A stretch of DNA of 64,000 bases from Tubiluchus corallicola (lineage: Eukaryota; Animalia; Priapulida): positions 1 to 64,000 of the forward strand of contig JAQGDQ010000701.1 in assembly GCA_030141605.1 (NCBI GenBank), given 5' to 3'. The position numbers and the translations under genes are program-made. Under the pieces are notes generated by a model that worked only from the letters and a program-made list of their open reading frames with translations, was not told where the DNA came from and searched no databases. Below, in pieces: positions 1 to 15,000 of this stretch (its first letter is position 1; each line of letters starts with the position of its first letter).

Positions 1-1077
1 ATTACACTAAACACCAAACGGAGTACGTATTAATTTACCCCAGGACAGGTAGTATCTGGCACTCGTGCTTTGTAAAAAATCATGAATGTTACTTTTCAAC
101 AAAACCAAGGTATGGAAGAATCGAAGAATATTTAATCACTATTTGTTTGAAAATTTTTCGTTTAGGCACCAATATAACAAATGTGAGCAAATACTCCTGG
201 GGTAATTTTTACTCCATCTTGGTCGGCTATGGATTAAGTCGTATACAAACTTTCATTCGTAATTTTTGATCAAGACGTATGTTCAACGTGCAGTATCGTG
301 TTGGAGAAGAAAGAAGATCCTGATAATGAAGGAAATGAAGTGAGTAGTTCTTTCACATTCATTTTATAAATAAAAAACACCAAACTGTTCAGACATTTGT
401 TCATTTTGTTGCTGTCTTTGTTATCCATAGCTGGGTCTTCGGCAAATCAAGTAATTCCCGTGACGTCTTTGCACGCCTTTGCAGATGATTGTCAGTTTTA
501 TCAAGGACATTGGATATATTTAATCCTACCCAACATATCGAATTATGCAAGATTACTGTAGCTTTTCTAGAAACGGCTTTTCAAGCTAAGAATCAATTCA
601 TTGTTCATATAAAATTTAGATACAATTTCGTAAAAAGTTATTAATAGTAGTTTACGTAACACTGTTGGGAAAATTTTTATTTTTAATACTCGTAAGAATT
701 AAAGTCAACCAACCCACAATATAATGTAAGCTTTTGCAACACAAAATCCTACTCTCAGCAGGAATATTCAATTTATTTTATTATAAACTTACTGCAAAAC
801 TTGTTTTTTTTATTTTTTTATAATTTTCTTCTTTAGCGGTATTTTCTCGAGACGTCATTGTTACAGGGCGTACTTCTTTACGCGTTAGTATAGTATGTAA
901 CCTTCGGTAACCCTTAATCATTCATGGCTAAGACATCATTTTTGCAAAAGATACACATACGAAACATGGTAATGTACACATATGAAATTCGTCCGAAAAA
1001 GTTTTTAATTCATCTGATAATCTGTTAATTTAATACAAAATGAACGACAAATTCTTTTTGGAATCATAATAATACGG

Positions 1078-1620
1078 TAACCTCTAGCCCTGTGCTTCGT
1101 GACCCTCTAGCCCTGTGCTTCGTGACCCTCTAGTCCTGTGCTTCGTGGTCCTCCAGACCTGTGCTTCGTGACCCTCTAGCCCTGTGCTTTGTCACCCTCT
1201 GGCCCTGTGCTTCGTAACCCTCTGGCCCTTTGCTTCGTGACCCTCTGGCCCTGTGCTTCGTGACCCTCTAGCCCTGTGCTTCATGACCATCTAGCTCTGT
1301 GCTTCGTGACCCTCTGGCCCTGTGCTTCGTGACCCTCTGGCCCTTTGCTTCGTGACTCTCTGGCCCTGTGCTTCGTGACTCTCTGGCTCTGTGCTTCGTG
1401 ACCCTCTAGCCCTGTGCTTTGTGACCATCTAGCCCCGTGCTTAGTGACCATCTAGGCCCGCGCTTCGTGACCCTCTGGCCCCGTGCTTCGTGGCCCTCTG
1501 GCCTGTGCTTGGTAACTCTCAGGCCCTGTGCTTCGTGACCCTCTGGCCCTTTGCTTCGTGACCCTCTGGCCTTGTGCTTTGTGACCATCTAGCCCTGTTT
1601 TGTGACCCTCCAGCCCCGTG
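1078..1620. repeat. 23-bp minisatellite, ~23 copies (CCTCTAGCCCTGTGCTTCGTGAC)
   Basis: Directly visible periodic unit; explains ORFs 1406-1588 and 1452-1661. Confidence 0.97.
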
Positions 1621-1679
1621 CGTGTGCGAGTTTTTAAAGAAACAAAACGGAAGACTAACAATAAATAAATAAAAATAAA

Positions 1680-1820
1680 GACCAGGTGTATATCAAGCAG
1701 ATTCTGCTGTAACCAAAATGTTAATTAGTAAGTTGCAAGCAGTTTCACATCTGGACTGGGACTCGCACCTCCATCTTCTCTCCCGGATTTGATGCTAAAC
1801 CCTACCCTACAACGGCAGGA
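1680..1820 (-). mobile_element. Degraded tRNA-derived SINE
   Basis: CTGGGACTCGCACC is the reverse complement of a B-box-like motif; body resembles 47745-47880 and 17900-18058. Confidence 0.5.
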
Positions 1821-2199
1821 CGCTTTTTAGACTTGAGAATTTACCAAGAAGTTTTTTTTTATTTTCTGTAGCATGGGAAAGACAGAGATAGAATGAGGCA
1901 ACTGAATGAGCAGCTGGCGGTCACCATTTTCGGTTGGACGCTACCAGGAGAGTGCACTGATGGGTCGCTAGCATACACACCAAATACATAGCTATACCCA
2001 TCGAAGGATTGGTTTTCCACATACGAGACACAAACATTCAGGGGAGAGGACGCAAATATGACACCAGTTGCTTCATGGCATTGCTTTCGCTAAACTCCTA
2101 AAACATTTCTATAGAAAATGACTAAAAATTATGGAATTAGGAAATATGTATTTTTTCGAGACTTTATTCGATCAGCTCTGTCAATAAAAAAGTCAATCT

Positions 2200-2687
2200 T
2201 AAACTGTAGGTTAAAGCAATCAATCTTTAAAATATTTAAAGCAAACATACTATTTTTTCGAAAACGACTTACGTGAAACAATTATTATCACACAAACACA
2301 AATTCGCGTTTGCACCACTATTTCTTCACTGTTACATGCATTTTGCCATTCATTAGTTAGACAGGCACTAGCACCTGCATTTCAGAAACACATTACACAA
2401 AAAACACGTGCTGTACCTTCCAGTTCAGATGTGTTTATTTGGTGACTACACACGTTCGACAGCTCATGTGTGAGCACAGCAGTAAATCTGAAATTTTAAT
2501 TTTTACTACAATGTCATTCCAGACATTTAAAACATAATTACAGAGACAGTTTAACAAAATTTGAGTATCCGAGGCAATTATTATTTAATCTAAGCTTTGA
2601 TTTAAAATAAGTTATTGTAGTTTTCAATATTTTAGAGTATTCTGTATTCTGAACTCATGTTTACACAATCATCCGGTTTTCCTTTAA
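2200..2687. mobile_element. Composite of Kolobok-like (TTAA) MITE fragments
   Basis: 2355-2500 matches 44560-44720; 2555-2687 is the reverse complement of 15640-15770 and ends ACAATCATCCGGTTTTCCT-TTAA. Confidence 0.7.
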
Positions 2688-3000
2688 GGCAATGAGAATA
2701 AAAAAATAAAAAAATTGATTTTCATCGCACAAGTGAGCTAAAGAGTAAAAAGCTTGTTGAAAATGCTTCAGCTCCTTGAAAACGTGCCCAAGTTGCTGCT
2801 TCTGCTTCCTTATTAGCTAAGCTACTGCTTTGTGTCAAATGTCAGGTGAAGCGGAGTCATCATTTGCAAAGTTTAAGTGGAAAACAACATAAATAACCTC
2901 AAAGATTTCACATTAACACAGTGATAATTATATTTCTTGCCCAAGAATACATCCCATAAGGGCAAACAATCTCACTGGTTTCACCATTTCAATGAGCACG

Positions 3001-6000
3001 TCAGCTACGTTGCGATTCTTCGCTCTTTTTCTTTCTCTTCCGCTTAGCTCGCGCTGACGACGTGGCCTTGTCCAGCTCTAAAAAACAAGAATTTCGATTC
3101 ATCCGAAACTAAATTCTCAGATTTTGAATCAACTGGTTTTGCAATCAGACACTTAATCCATTCTGACATATGCCGTGTACAAAGAAAACTGGCAACCCTG
3201 CTTACTATCATCCATCAATGGCAACACAGGTGTCAAAAGTGCATTTTTAACAAGTCAACCCATTATAATACCAAGTTTAAAGCATTCCAGGTGAGTCATT
3301 TGTAGAATAAATTTTTTTAAAAATAATCTTTGTAAACCTGGTGTCAGCATTTGTAGTAATGGTCATTTTCACTGTAAATATTTTGCAAATACTTTGTAAA
3401 TACTTTGCAAATACTTTGTAAATACTTTGTAAATACTTTGCAAATACTTTGTAAATACTTTGCAAATACTTTGTAAATACCAAACACAGTCTAATGTGGA
3501 GAAAATCGTGAAACTGTCTGAATCAATTCTACAATAAATTATATTTAACTAAACAAAATCAATCATCGCATTGTTAAACATAATGAGCTTAAAATACAAA
3601 ATAATTGGATTCTAGTACTAAAACTTAATGAGAATGAATTTGTTCCAGACTGTGACAGCATTGCTCAGCAGTGTATTACAGATTGATTATTCACTGCAGA
3701 AAGTTAGCTCAATGTCAAGGATACACCTCTAAAACGGGCCTCTGAATCGGTAGAGCTGCCTCGGCCACGTTCAGACACACGTACGCCCTCTCTGAGTGAA
3801 GTAAACAGCCAAAGTTTACAAACAATACTCCCTGGTAACGAGTATCGAACCCACGGCTGCCGCATGCCACTCACGAGAAATACGCACACTTATCCACAGA
3901 GCCATGAACCGTGCCATCAGGTTGTCAGTGCATTAACGTCATAAATAACATTTATAAGATGTTAATTAAAACAAGAAGAACAAATAAATTTTCAGGTTAA
4001 ATTTGAGCAAATGTGTATTGCATCAACAAATCTTACTATCACACTTCCTGCCTTTTGTATTAATTAATACACTTGTCTAATTGTTATGCAGATACTAATT
4101 GCACAACCTGTCTTTCATGCATTGCATTTGTCTATTATCTTTGAAACCAGAGAAGTTTTTGTATCAGTTTTACTCTTGCATCCAAAGGTTGTAAGATGAA
4201 TGTGTTTAAACAACTCTTACCATTTATCGCGTCATCTTTCACACTAGAGACGTCAGTTGATTCTGCCTCTCTGCAGCTTGCTGCATCACTCGTGATGCTT
4301 TTGTCGTCTACATTTGAGACCACCGTCAAACAGGTTAACCGACAAGTAGTGTCGACTTCAGCCACCAGAGGCGCTTCTGCTCCAGCCTGACAAAGTCAAC
4401 AATTTATACAAAGTAAAGTCACAATTCATGTAAATGAGAAAAGCTAAATGCAAGAAGAAAGCATTTCTTCAAGAAATACTTCACTAAAGCAAATAACTGA
4501 GATGTCGCCCGCCGTTAATTAAGTTTTTAATCTATTATTTAATTATCAGAAATGCTTTTGCAGTATTAATTGTGTTAAAATGTTTACGTTTTATCGGGCT
4601 TGAAAATGGTGAAGTATGCGAAGTCTTCCTTTAAAATAAAGTCAATCTGAGATACTGAATTAGAAGCTGCACAGGTAGTACAATTAAGCAGCAGTTGTCA
4701 AATTAATAATGGTTTTATATTAAACATTTTTATAGTATTAATCATGTTTGTGCTATGTATGTATGTATATAACATATGTATATAATTTTGCTTTGTAAAT
4801 AGTCAGTAAGTTATATAACTTGGTTGGTACCAAATAAATGACATACATACATACACGCACACACACACACATAGATACATACATACATACATATATGTCT
4901 GCCAGTCTTTTGAATTGGTTAATATTAATAAATTGTAGCTATTCAAAAAAATTATTTATATTTTTGACAACAGATGACGGCTACTTACTAACTACAGTAA
5001 GTTACCTATAATTCAAACTGGTGTAGCTCAAATTCTTGCATAGATCTCAAACAGATCTCTGGAAATGGAACCGATTTTCCCTTTAACAAACACCGGAACC
5101 GAACTCCCGGTACAATTCTTAAATGTCTCATTGACATTACCTCGCCTATCTCGAACAAAAATGCGAAGATTTCTTGTATTACCTTAGCAGAACACTGAAT
5201 GCAATGTAGCTTGACGAACACGGTTTAATGTAGCACACAATATTATTACTGCCGCATTCTATTAACCATGCTACTCAGACCGCAATAGAAGAGTCATTTT
5301 ATTTTTGATTATTCATAAAAATTACGAATAATTGTTGTTTGATATTTGATTAAAGGTACAGTTTGTCATTTCCACCAGCTGCAGTGTATTGTCCGACGTT
5401 GATGAGCGACTAAATCTTATTTTCTTACGAACATTGTCAAAGTCGTACTTTCGCATAACTTGAACAAATTCTCAAGTCCCGATGTGTTTGAGTTTACTGT
5501 AGTTTACTGTATTCAATTTAAGAAACCTTGATAAAAGGCAAGAACTCACCTCTTGGTCTAAATGAGAAACTCTCCAAACTTTGAGGAAACCGTCACTAGA
5601 CGCCGACATCATCAAGAAAGTAGATTCGTTCTCTTTCACGCAACACATCATTCGAATTCTGAAAAATATTAAATGTTTCTTCAATCAGTCATTTGTGACG
5701 TAGCTCTCGGTCAAATGTTAGGAGAATTTCTACGCTTTTAATTGGCTAAAATCCAAGTAATATGCAAGCTGACCCTCCCTTCTCTATTCACTGCGAGAAG
5801 TGTCGAAAGTAAGTCGTTGATGGGTTCACACTTTCTCTATTCACTGCGAGAAGTGTCGAGAGTAACTCGTCGAAGCGTTCACACCCTTCTCTATTCACTG
5901 CGAGAAGTGTCGAGAGTAACTCGTCGAAGCGTTCACACCCTTCTCTATTCTCTGGGAGAAGTGTCGAGAGTAACTCGTCGAGGCGTTCACGCCCTTCTCT

Positions 6001-9000
6001 ATTCTCTGCGAGAAGTGTCGAGAGTAACTCGTTGAGGCGTTCACACCCTTCTCTATTCACTGCGAGAAGTGTCGAAAGTAACTCGTTGATGGGTTCACAC
6101 CCTTCTCTATTCACTGCGAGACGTGTCGAGAGTAACTCGTCGAGGCGTTCACACTCTTCTCTATTCGCTGCATGAAGTGTCGAGAGTAACTCACCGAGGC
6201 GTTCACACTAGACAGAAAATCAACTCGCAGCAACTGTCGACGAGTTTGCAGCCAACAATAAATTGAAAAGTGATTCACACTTGTGAGTTCACAATTCACA
6301 CATGACACATGCAATGATAGTGACAGAAAACTTCCTGAATCAGTTCAGCTTCGCCTCAATAAATTAGAGCATATTTATAACTGAGAAAATGTCTTTTTCA
6401 TAAAAAAAGTTTGCAGTTTCTTTTAAATTTCATATTAAGGCTAGAGAAATTCTAAGGCTATCAAAATTTTGTCGGAACTTACCTATTTTCGTGAGCTTTA
6501 AACCTCAACCAACACTGCTTCTTCGAAATTTTATAAAGACTAGCATCCGTAGATTCCCCTCCAATGGCAAAAACATCACTCTGCAAAGAGATTGAGAAGT
6601 TGACATAGTATATAACATATCCATAGGCATGTTCAATGAGTTAAACCATTTCCTGCAGCCTAGCACTCGAGCCACATTTACATGTGCAGATTAGAAAAAG
6701 TGTGCAGACTGCCATTTCGACACCCACAAAAGGCCAAAATGGATATTTTATAAACTTTGGGCTTGTAATTATTATAATTTTATAGATATTTGAAACACAA
6801 ATGGAGAAGATTTGTGTGTGTGTGAGGCAAGTTACGACTTTGCAGTATCATTAGTTTAAAAAGAAAAACATTCGTACAAAGTTCAACCGAATTCAGCTCT
6901 TACTGGCAACCCACAACATTTCTTTTGGCAACATAAGTCTGGGTCCTGTCCGATAAGTTTTCACTGTTGGGCAAAGTTGTTTGCTCTATGCACTTAATCT
7001 GTAATTAGCTCATTCACTAATTACCCGCCCTAGGAAATAAACTGCTCAAGAATTTAATGAGTAATGAGAATTCGACTCTTTCTGTCATTTAATAAACGTT
7101 TTGAGAGTTCCAGAAATTGACAATAATCGTGAAAAGAGGTCATGTGTACCCAGCAACATTAGCAATGGCTTTGTTTATGCACCGCACTTTTGCCGTTGTT
7201 CCGGTTAGAGAAATGCTTATTTACACCCCCCCCCCCCCCATTGACAGCTTCTTATGTTAGTCATCTTATTTGGGTAAAAGCGTCATGTTAGAATTACATT
7301 ATTAGAGAGTTTACGCTACAATCGCTGAAGATTTTTCCGTGACTGTGGGAATTCATGTAACCCTAGAACCACGATGATCGTAGACAAGGATCATTTGTAC
7401 TGTAGTGAGGTTTCTACAATTACAACCTAAATGTAGATTTTTTTTCATAGTCAGTCTGGATAGTTTCGGCGCAACTTCAAGCTATAAAGCACCAACATGT
7501 GTACTTTAGTTTGAAATTGTGTGTTTTGTCTCGCCTCGTGATGTCCAAAGAATTTTAAAAAATCGTTTAAATTAAGTAGAAATTCATCCGTAAAGTCAGG
7601 AAACGTATTGAACATGATTCAGACTGAGACTGTAGTAATGCCATTTCAGAATCAGAATTTGACTGTAGCAAAAACTCTATCAGCAAACTCTATCAGTTTA
7701 ATTACTACTCCAACCTAATTTAATTTAATCCATACAAAAGACATGCATTACGCGTTTCGGTGTCATTTCCATAATGAAACAAGAGTACCAGACTAACAGT
7801 TGTTGTGGTAAGCGAGTACCAGGCTACCTTTTGACCCATCGATGCGTATGCACAAGGGAAAACTCTGAAAAGGGCTACTGACAAAGACAGCAATTTCATT
7901 ATTAACAAAAAAGACTAATTTAAAATTTGCGGAAGAGGTCATACAGTAGTACCTCTGTTTTCGACCATAATTCGTTCCTAAAGTGTTTGAAAACCGATTT
8001 GGTTGTGTACTGAATCATTGATTCAAATAAGAAATTATGCAAAAACAAATAATCCGTTCTCAAGCACCAAATGAACTGTAAAGTACAGTCGACCCTCGTT
8101 AAACCGGACCCCATTAGCTCGGATATCGGATAAGACGGACGTCATCCGTGGTAAAAGAAACTGACCGATTTCCGTCCGAGCCCGAGCGCTAAACACAACA
8201 TGGCCTACCAACTGTACAATAATTTCTTTATCCTCACAGGCTAACTATTTTAAAGTAATATACAGTATAGAATATAGTTCACAGTATATAGTGCAATGTA
8301 TATAGGCCTTATTAAGGTGATTATTCCTGTATAATATAGACCATATATAGGCCTATCGGATAAATCGGACAATCGGCTAAACCGAACCCCCCCCCCCAAT
8401 TAGTCCGGTTTAACGAGGGTTGACTGTATTACTAAAACGAAATACAATAACGCAAAAAAGTTTATTCAAACAGTAGATATGATATAATTGATAAGAAAAA
8501 CATAATAGAATTACAAAGACTTGCACTCTTTTTAGGAGATATGATTGGGGTTAAGTATAACACAAAATTAAATGTAATCCAGGAAAAATAAGCAAGGAAA
8601 GCACTTAGCGATGTTAGGCGATTCAAATGTTGTGCATGACTACTCTCGGGCATGATCGGTTTCTCTCGGCTCTTCTCAGCTCGCCACGCATGTGTTCATC
8701 ACGTGTTTGGCAGTTGGTCGAGTACCGAAATTCTGGTGGAGAGTGGAGACAATTTCAGCTTGAATTTTCTGGTCGAAAACCAATTTGTACGAGTACGAAG
8801 ACGGTCGACAACGGAGGTATGACTGTAATCTAATACAATAACTTAGTTAAGTGCGCGTAACAAAAACAATCAAGCTCCCAAGCAGTACTTACGGAGATAA
8901 AACACAATGTGTTTATCCGATGCTGGAAATTAAATGTGTAGACAATTTCTCCTGTTTCTACGTCATAAACATCCGCAGCGGTTCCTTGAAATACAACATA

Positions 9001-12000
9001 ATGGCTTCCATTAGGGGACCAGTGCACTTGGTCAGCAACTGCAAAAGAAAACAAGACATGTACGTGATAGGCATGAAGAGTAGATGGCATTCGTAGAAGT
9101 ACTAAAGTACAAAACTCGTGTACACGAATTAAACAACACCTCAACTGAGATGCATCAATTCTTATAAAAATAATTTATACCAGGTATGTTGCTGAAACAA
9201 AAATTTCATTTTGGTTCGCCGATAATTTCGGCTTCCATTCAGTTTTGTTGTAGTCGAAAATGATTAAGCTTTGCAGCCAAAACTTTCGGTAATTTTCGGT
9301 AGCATTTTTCCGAGGTTTTGTTAGTGTACATTTCTTTTCTTTTAGATGTTTCTTTTAAATTGCTTAAAAATTTTGGCTAAAATAGTTCAAATAAAGCGAA
9401 ATTATCATTTATTTAACTTTTTGTACTATTTGTAGCATGCTTTTTATGGCAATGCGGCATATCTTCAGTGCTGACAAATGTGAAGCTTTAAGTTTCCAGG
9501 CACAATCAACCGAAATATCAAAGCGTAATTTGAATAAAAGCAAGTTTAATTTTATAATTTATGAAATATAGAAACCAAATAAAATTTTTTGAAGCTACAT
9601 GATCTTTAACCATAAACATCTCTCTACCTATTTCGTTAAAAAATTTTTGCCTAGCTACTTCATCAAGTTTGTATTAGAACAGATATAAGCAAACAAGCAG
9701 AAACAAAAAGTGTTTTATTTATTTCAGAATTTTTCCAGTTTTGACAGTAGTTGGTTTTTCAAAAGTGATTTTGGTTTTGTTTTGTTTTGGTATCGGTTTC
9801 CTGTGGTTCATAAATTTCGGTTTATAATTTCAGTTTCGGTAACAACCATGATTTGCACATTCTAATATAGTTCACTATTTTCAAATGTGCTACAGCTAAT
9901 CATAATTAATTACCCGCTCTTCATCAAAGAAAAGCTTAGCATGTTGCACGCAATTCAGTCGTGAATTTTCTGACAGAATCAAATTTCTGACTGGTATGTA
10001 AACTCCAAATTTCAACAATTTTTCTAAGCAGTAAGAATCAATTTTATTTTATAAATTTTTATGAAAAATTACATCACGTTTAGTAGCAATTTTCGACAAT
10101 ATGCTAACTCGTTTTTTAATATAAAAATCACCCTAGACAAGGTTAAAGGTCACTCGGGATATGGTGGTGAAAATATGAGGACACATCTGCACAAATGCAA
10201 TTCATAAAATAGTTTGTTAGCAATACAAGCTGCTATTCTTCTTGAATGGGATGAAGCTGTAGTTTTCAGGGAAACAATTATTTGGTAGGGAATTCCACAG
10301 ATAAAAAGCCCGAGGGAAGAAAACTAGATTTATAAGCAGCTGTTCAAAATTTACGAATGTCCATGGTAAACCTATGAGAAGCAAAGAAAAAAGTACTATG
10401 ACCAAACCGACGATGTTTAGGAATCAGTGTGGAAGTGGTCATGACAGTTTCTCCCAGACTTCCGTAGAAGTAGCAATAAAAGAGGATTAATATGGCAACT
10501 GACCTTGGACAAATAAAAGACAGCCTGGTTGGCACTAGATCGGATCAAACATGATTAACAACACACTTTTCCACTATGTCAAGTTGGAGAAGGACCGAGT
10601 GAAGGAACAAGACGAGGCACCGGCCCAGATGTGACTGCAGTATTCCATGCAAAGTCACATGGGAAACTTAAACAGTCCTACCAAAGCGAAGTATCAATGC
10701 AAAAGATTTGTCAGTGCACACTAATTTAATAGCTCGATTCTTGCATATGACATATAGTCAGGGGCACGTGCATAATAGCTGCTCAACTTTTAAACGTGCT
10801 AGTACATTTTTTCAAAGAAGTTATGCCAGAAAAGAATTTTGATAGGTTAATAAGTATTCTGTATTTTGATGATTACCAGTCTATGGATTTTGCCAAGTTA
10901 CAAAACCCCTTTAAAACCTCTTTGATGAAATATTGTGAGTAGAAGATTTAAAGTTTGTTTAGCTGGTGAGTTTAGCTTAATTAAGTATTAGGTTACCTAT
11001 TAGGCTAATGCTTAACTAACTAACTAACTAACTATAAGCGTTTAGTTAACTATCATGTTCTTACTATGCTTGAGGTTAATAACAAAAGCTTGTCTGAACT
11101 TGTGAAGATCCCAAGTGCGCAGCGTCTTATCCTTTCCAGCGGATAGAGCCAACTTTCCTGACGGGTGAACAGATATCCAATTAACACCCGATCTAAAATC
11201 AAAGACATCAGGTTATTGGTCATTTTGTAATGTACAAAACTGATAATGCTATTATATGGAACAATTATGTCTGTGGCCTATCTATGTATGTGTGTTTGCA
11301 AACCAAAAGCACCCATAAATCGGCATATTTAAAACTACGTTTCGATGCTTCAAAGTAGAATGCACCAAAAATTTGATCAAATGTTAATTTTTTGTTTTTT
11401 ATAAAAACAAATACTAAATATAGTGGATGAATTTATCAAGAAAATATCCAAAAAATACTAACAATTCAATTTTATAACCCCATGCCCACTTTTCTGACTA
11501 CAAACTAGTACTGCAATTGTAGAAAACTTGTATTTTTAAACTCCGATAGTACCTCGTGAAAGCAATCATCTTGCTTCTGGTTTTTTCTGTTGACAAGACC
11601 AGATCTTCAGGAATAGCCATCTACTGGATTTAAACGTAACTTCAATTTGCTCTTGTAAAATCCATAGCAACCACACTTTCGTACGGTTGCTAAGTGTTTT
11701 GTAGAGACGCGACAAAAACAATGGCTGACTTTAACATCGTTTTTCTCAAGATTATGTTTTTCAGTGCATAGCCCGCACCTCAACTTCAATGTGGATTATC
11801 TCAGCTTAGAAATAATATAGAGCGATGAAAAGCTTAATTGCCGACTTAAGGACGAGTTTGCTATGCATAATGAGTTCTCTAAGTATGTTTATAGACTTGT
11901 TTATTTACTTATCAATCCATATATTGTCTGTGAATTTCTCTGTTGAACTATTTGTGACAAGCAGTACATCAAATAAACCGTCACAGGGTTTATTACTCCG

Positions 12001-15000
12001 ATTTGAAAAGCAGTTCAAGGAACACAGTCGAAAACTTCCAAGAGTGCATCTTTTTTGTCAAAACATATAAAGCTGACAGGTAATGAATTGGACTGAAAGA
12101 GCTGTTGTGGTATATATCATTGGAAATAGCTTGTAGTTTAAGGTGCAGTAGGAGCGCTTTCTTGAATCCACCCTCTCAAATTCTGTGAAATTCTGCAAAA
12201 ACACCATCCAGACAAAATATTCCCACAGTTTAGATAAAAGAAGCACTCCCACAGGACGAAACAGTCTATGGGCTGGATAATTTTGTTTAAGAAGATACTG
12301 GATGAAATGGTAAGGGTGTATTTCAAATGATCTGTTTCACCACCCCTGCCCCCTGTGCTACAAGCTATTTGGAACAGCCTTGAGAAATGACATGGCTGTT
12401 CCGGGCATCTTCATCACCTATTGTATTACCGTTTCACAGAGAGAGCTAGTATTATTATTTTTTATAATTGTCAATGTGTTACTTTATTACCATCATTGAA
12501 GAAGCAGCAAGCAAAAACTATGTAGAATGTTTGTGCATTATTGATCACGTGCAAAATTTGGCAACTACTAGTATTATTGCAAAAAGATGGCTACTTACTT
12601 ATGACCTGCAAGAGTTCTTATGCATTCCCAGTTGCTAGTCTTCCAAACGCAGATGGTACCGTCTTCACTACAACTGAACATTCGGCTGTTACCATGAAAG
12701 TGCAAACATGTTATGCTTCCTATAATAAGTACACCATGTCGACCATGTCGCATAAAAGTGTTGTTCACATTTGATTTAAAACAAAGTTGACATGTACTAA
12801 GAGAAAGCATACAAAAAAAATCTATATTTTTATTTCTAGTTAAAACACCAGAACTTTATTAAAACTTTGTTTTGCGTAGATAAAAAATCATGTCAAATGT
12901 TTCGATAAAGCTACTGCTGTCATCATCAGTGGTAAATATTTACAAACATACAACCAGTTTATATAGGCAGAACCTACAGTTTTACAGAACATTATGCACT
13001 AATTAAGTACTTAACAGAAGCAAAATAGGTAATGAATAAGCAGACCAGTAGAAAAGAAATTTATACAGTAAATTATGCACTAATTAAGTACTTAACAGAA
13101 GCGAAATAGGTAATGAATAAGCAGACCAGTAGAAAAGAAATTTATACAGTAAATTATGCACTAATTAAGTACTTAACAGAAGCGAAATAGGTAAGGAATA
13201 AGCAGAATTCAAGTAAAGAAACTGATACAGTAACAAATAGCCAAGTGTTTGAAAATAAAGTTAAATGAACTGAACTGCTTTGTACATTAAGAGAAGTTTT
13301 ATTAGGATACATAGATAAACTTATTTATTAATAAGATCCAGTTATTAGCAGCTCTGGTCACACTGTTAAAATGATAAAAATCAGTTTTGTGGCCAGATAC
13401 ACAAATGTACTACTGCACAGATACTACTACTACTACTACTACTACCACTACCACTACTACTACTACTACTACTAATGATGATGGTGATGAAGATGATGAC
13501 AATGGTGGTACTAATAGAGGAGACATACAGTAAGTCCTTGTTTAACGACGCTAATGCGTTCCAGCAAAGCATGACGTTGTTAACTTTTCACAAGAAACAA
13601 TGTAAATCATTCAGTTGGATTCAGGGAACAAATATAATGAATAGTGCTTGGCTATGTGAAATCATTCAGTTGCTTGCAGCAGAACAAAAATCATTGAAGC
13701 ACGACTTTGTAAAAGAGTTCAATTACGTTGCAGGAGAAAAATCAATTGGATAATGGATAATGGGATCGATCCAAAAATCAATTGATATTGGACAATTGGA
13801 TCAATCCATAAATCAATAGATATTGGATAATTGGATCAATCCAAAAAACAATTGATATTAGGCAATTGGATCAATCCATAAATCAATAGATATTGGATCA
13901 ATCCAAAAATCAAATGATATTGGACAATTGGATCAATCCCCACACTATTTAAATATTTACTTGTAAACTGACTATAATCTATATATCTTGATTATGTGTG
14001 AAATAAAAGTTCTAAGTTTAGTTTTGTCTAAAATGCAAATGAAATGAAGGCAGCAATTAGCCGTGTAACATGAGAGGAATTTTATCTAAACATGGGAAAG
14101 CAGTGAATAATCGTGGTCTGCCTAGCTGTGTGTCTGACTGCCTGCGATCAGTTGCTTAACTAGGCAAATTATTACCTCTGTATTTATCATGTGCCAATGC
14201 AGTAAACAATATTTAATAAACAAGCCTGACAAAAACTGTCATTAAAGTGAAACATGCGACATTAAAAAAAAAGGTGTCAAAGGATCAGTGTCATTAAAGC
14301 GAATGTCGATAAGTGAGGCGTCGTTAAGCGAGAACTTATTGCATACTAGATTTTTACTATATATACTATACTAGAACTTAATGAAACCAGACAAATGTTC
14401 ATACCGTCATGCTTTAATAGAGTGCCATATTCAGCTCTTGTCTTCAGGTCATAAACTTTGATTGTTTCGTCTGTACTTCCGGTTGCAAGGTATTTATTTG
14501 GTGATACAGCTGTTGCCCTGATACAGCCAGTATGAGCATGACTTGTAAACGACTGCACCAGCCTACACTCCTAATAAAAGACACTAGTGTTTACACAGGT
14601 AGCAAAAATCAGACTCTGGTACCTTTTTACTTATACTAGTTGAGTACCCTGGGTACTCAGTTATTAAGATTCAGTGAAAGGACTGTACAACATTTATATT
14701 CACAAACAACCACTGGTGCATTTTAACTAACTACATTGTTACGCTGTTATCCTGGCACGCTGCCAGTAGTTAATAGTCTGCTAGTAGGTGCATGGCAGGA
14801 ATCCTTGGAATTCTTATTCACTATAAGATCTTCATTTGGTTTAAAATGTTCAGCAGTATTCACTCGCAGGTTATTTGCTAGGTGCAATCTTGGCAGCATG
14901 TCATACCCTGACCGATTAGCATTTTCAAATCTTGAGCCACTTGAACTTCGTAGACTACACTGTGATCTGACAATGTGTTATTCTATATTACATGGAGACA

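Noticed and set aside
2838-2866. C/D-box snoRNA-like ATGATGA..CTGA with terminal stem on the minus strand
   Set aside because: The boxes are only ~11 nt apart and lie in the PAK1IP1 3' UTR, which is too short for a snoRNA.
5742-6314. Repetitive ORFs on both strands (REGCERFDELLSTLLAVN etc.)
   Set aside because: Artefact of a 54-bp unit (a multiple of 3) inside a PAK1IP1 intron; no splice support.
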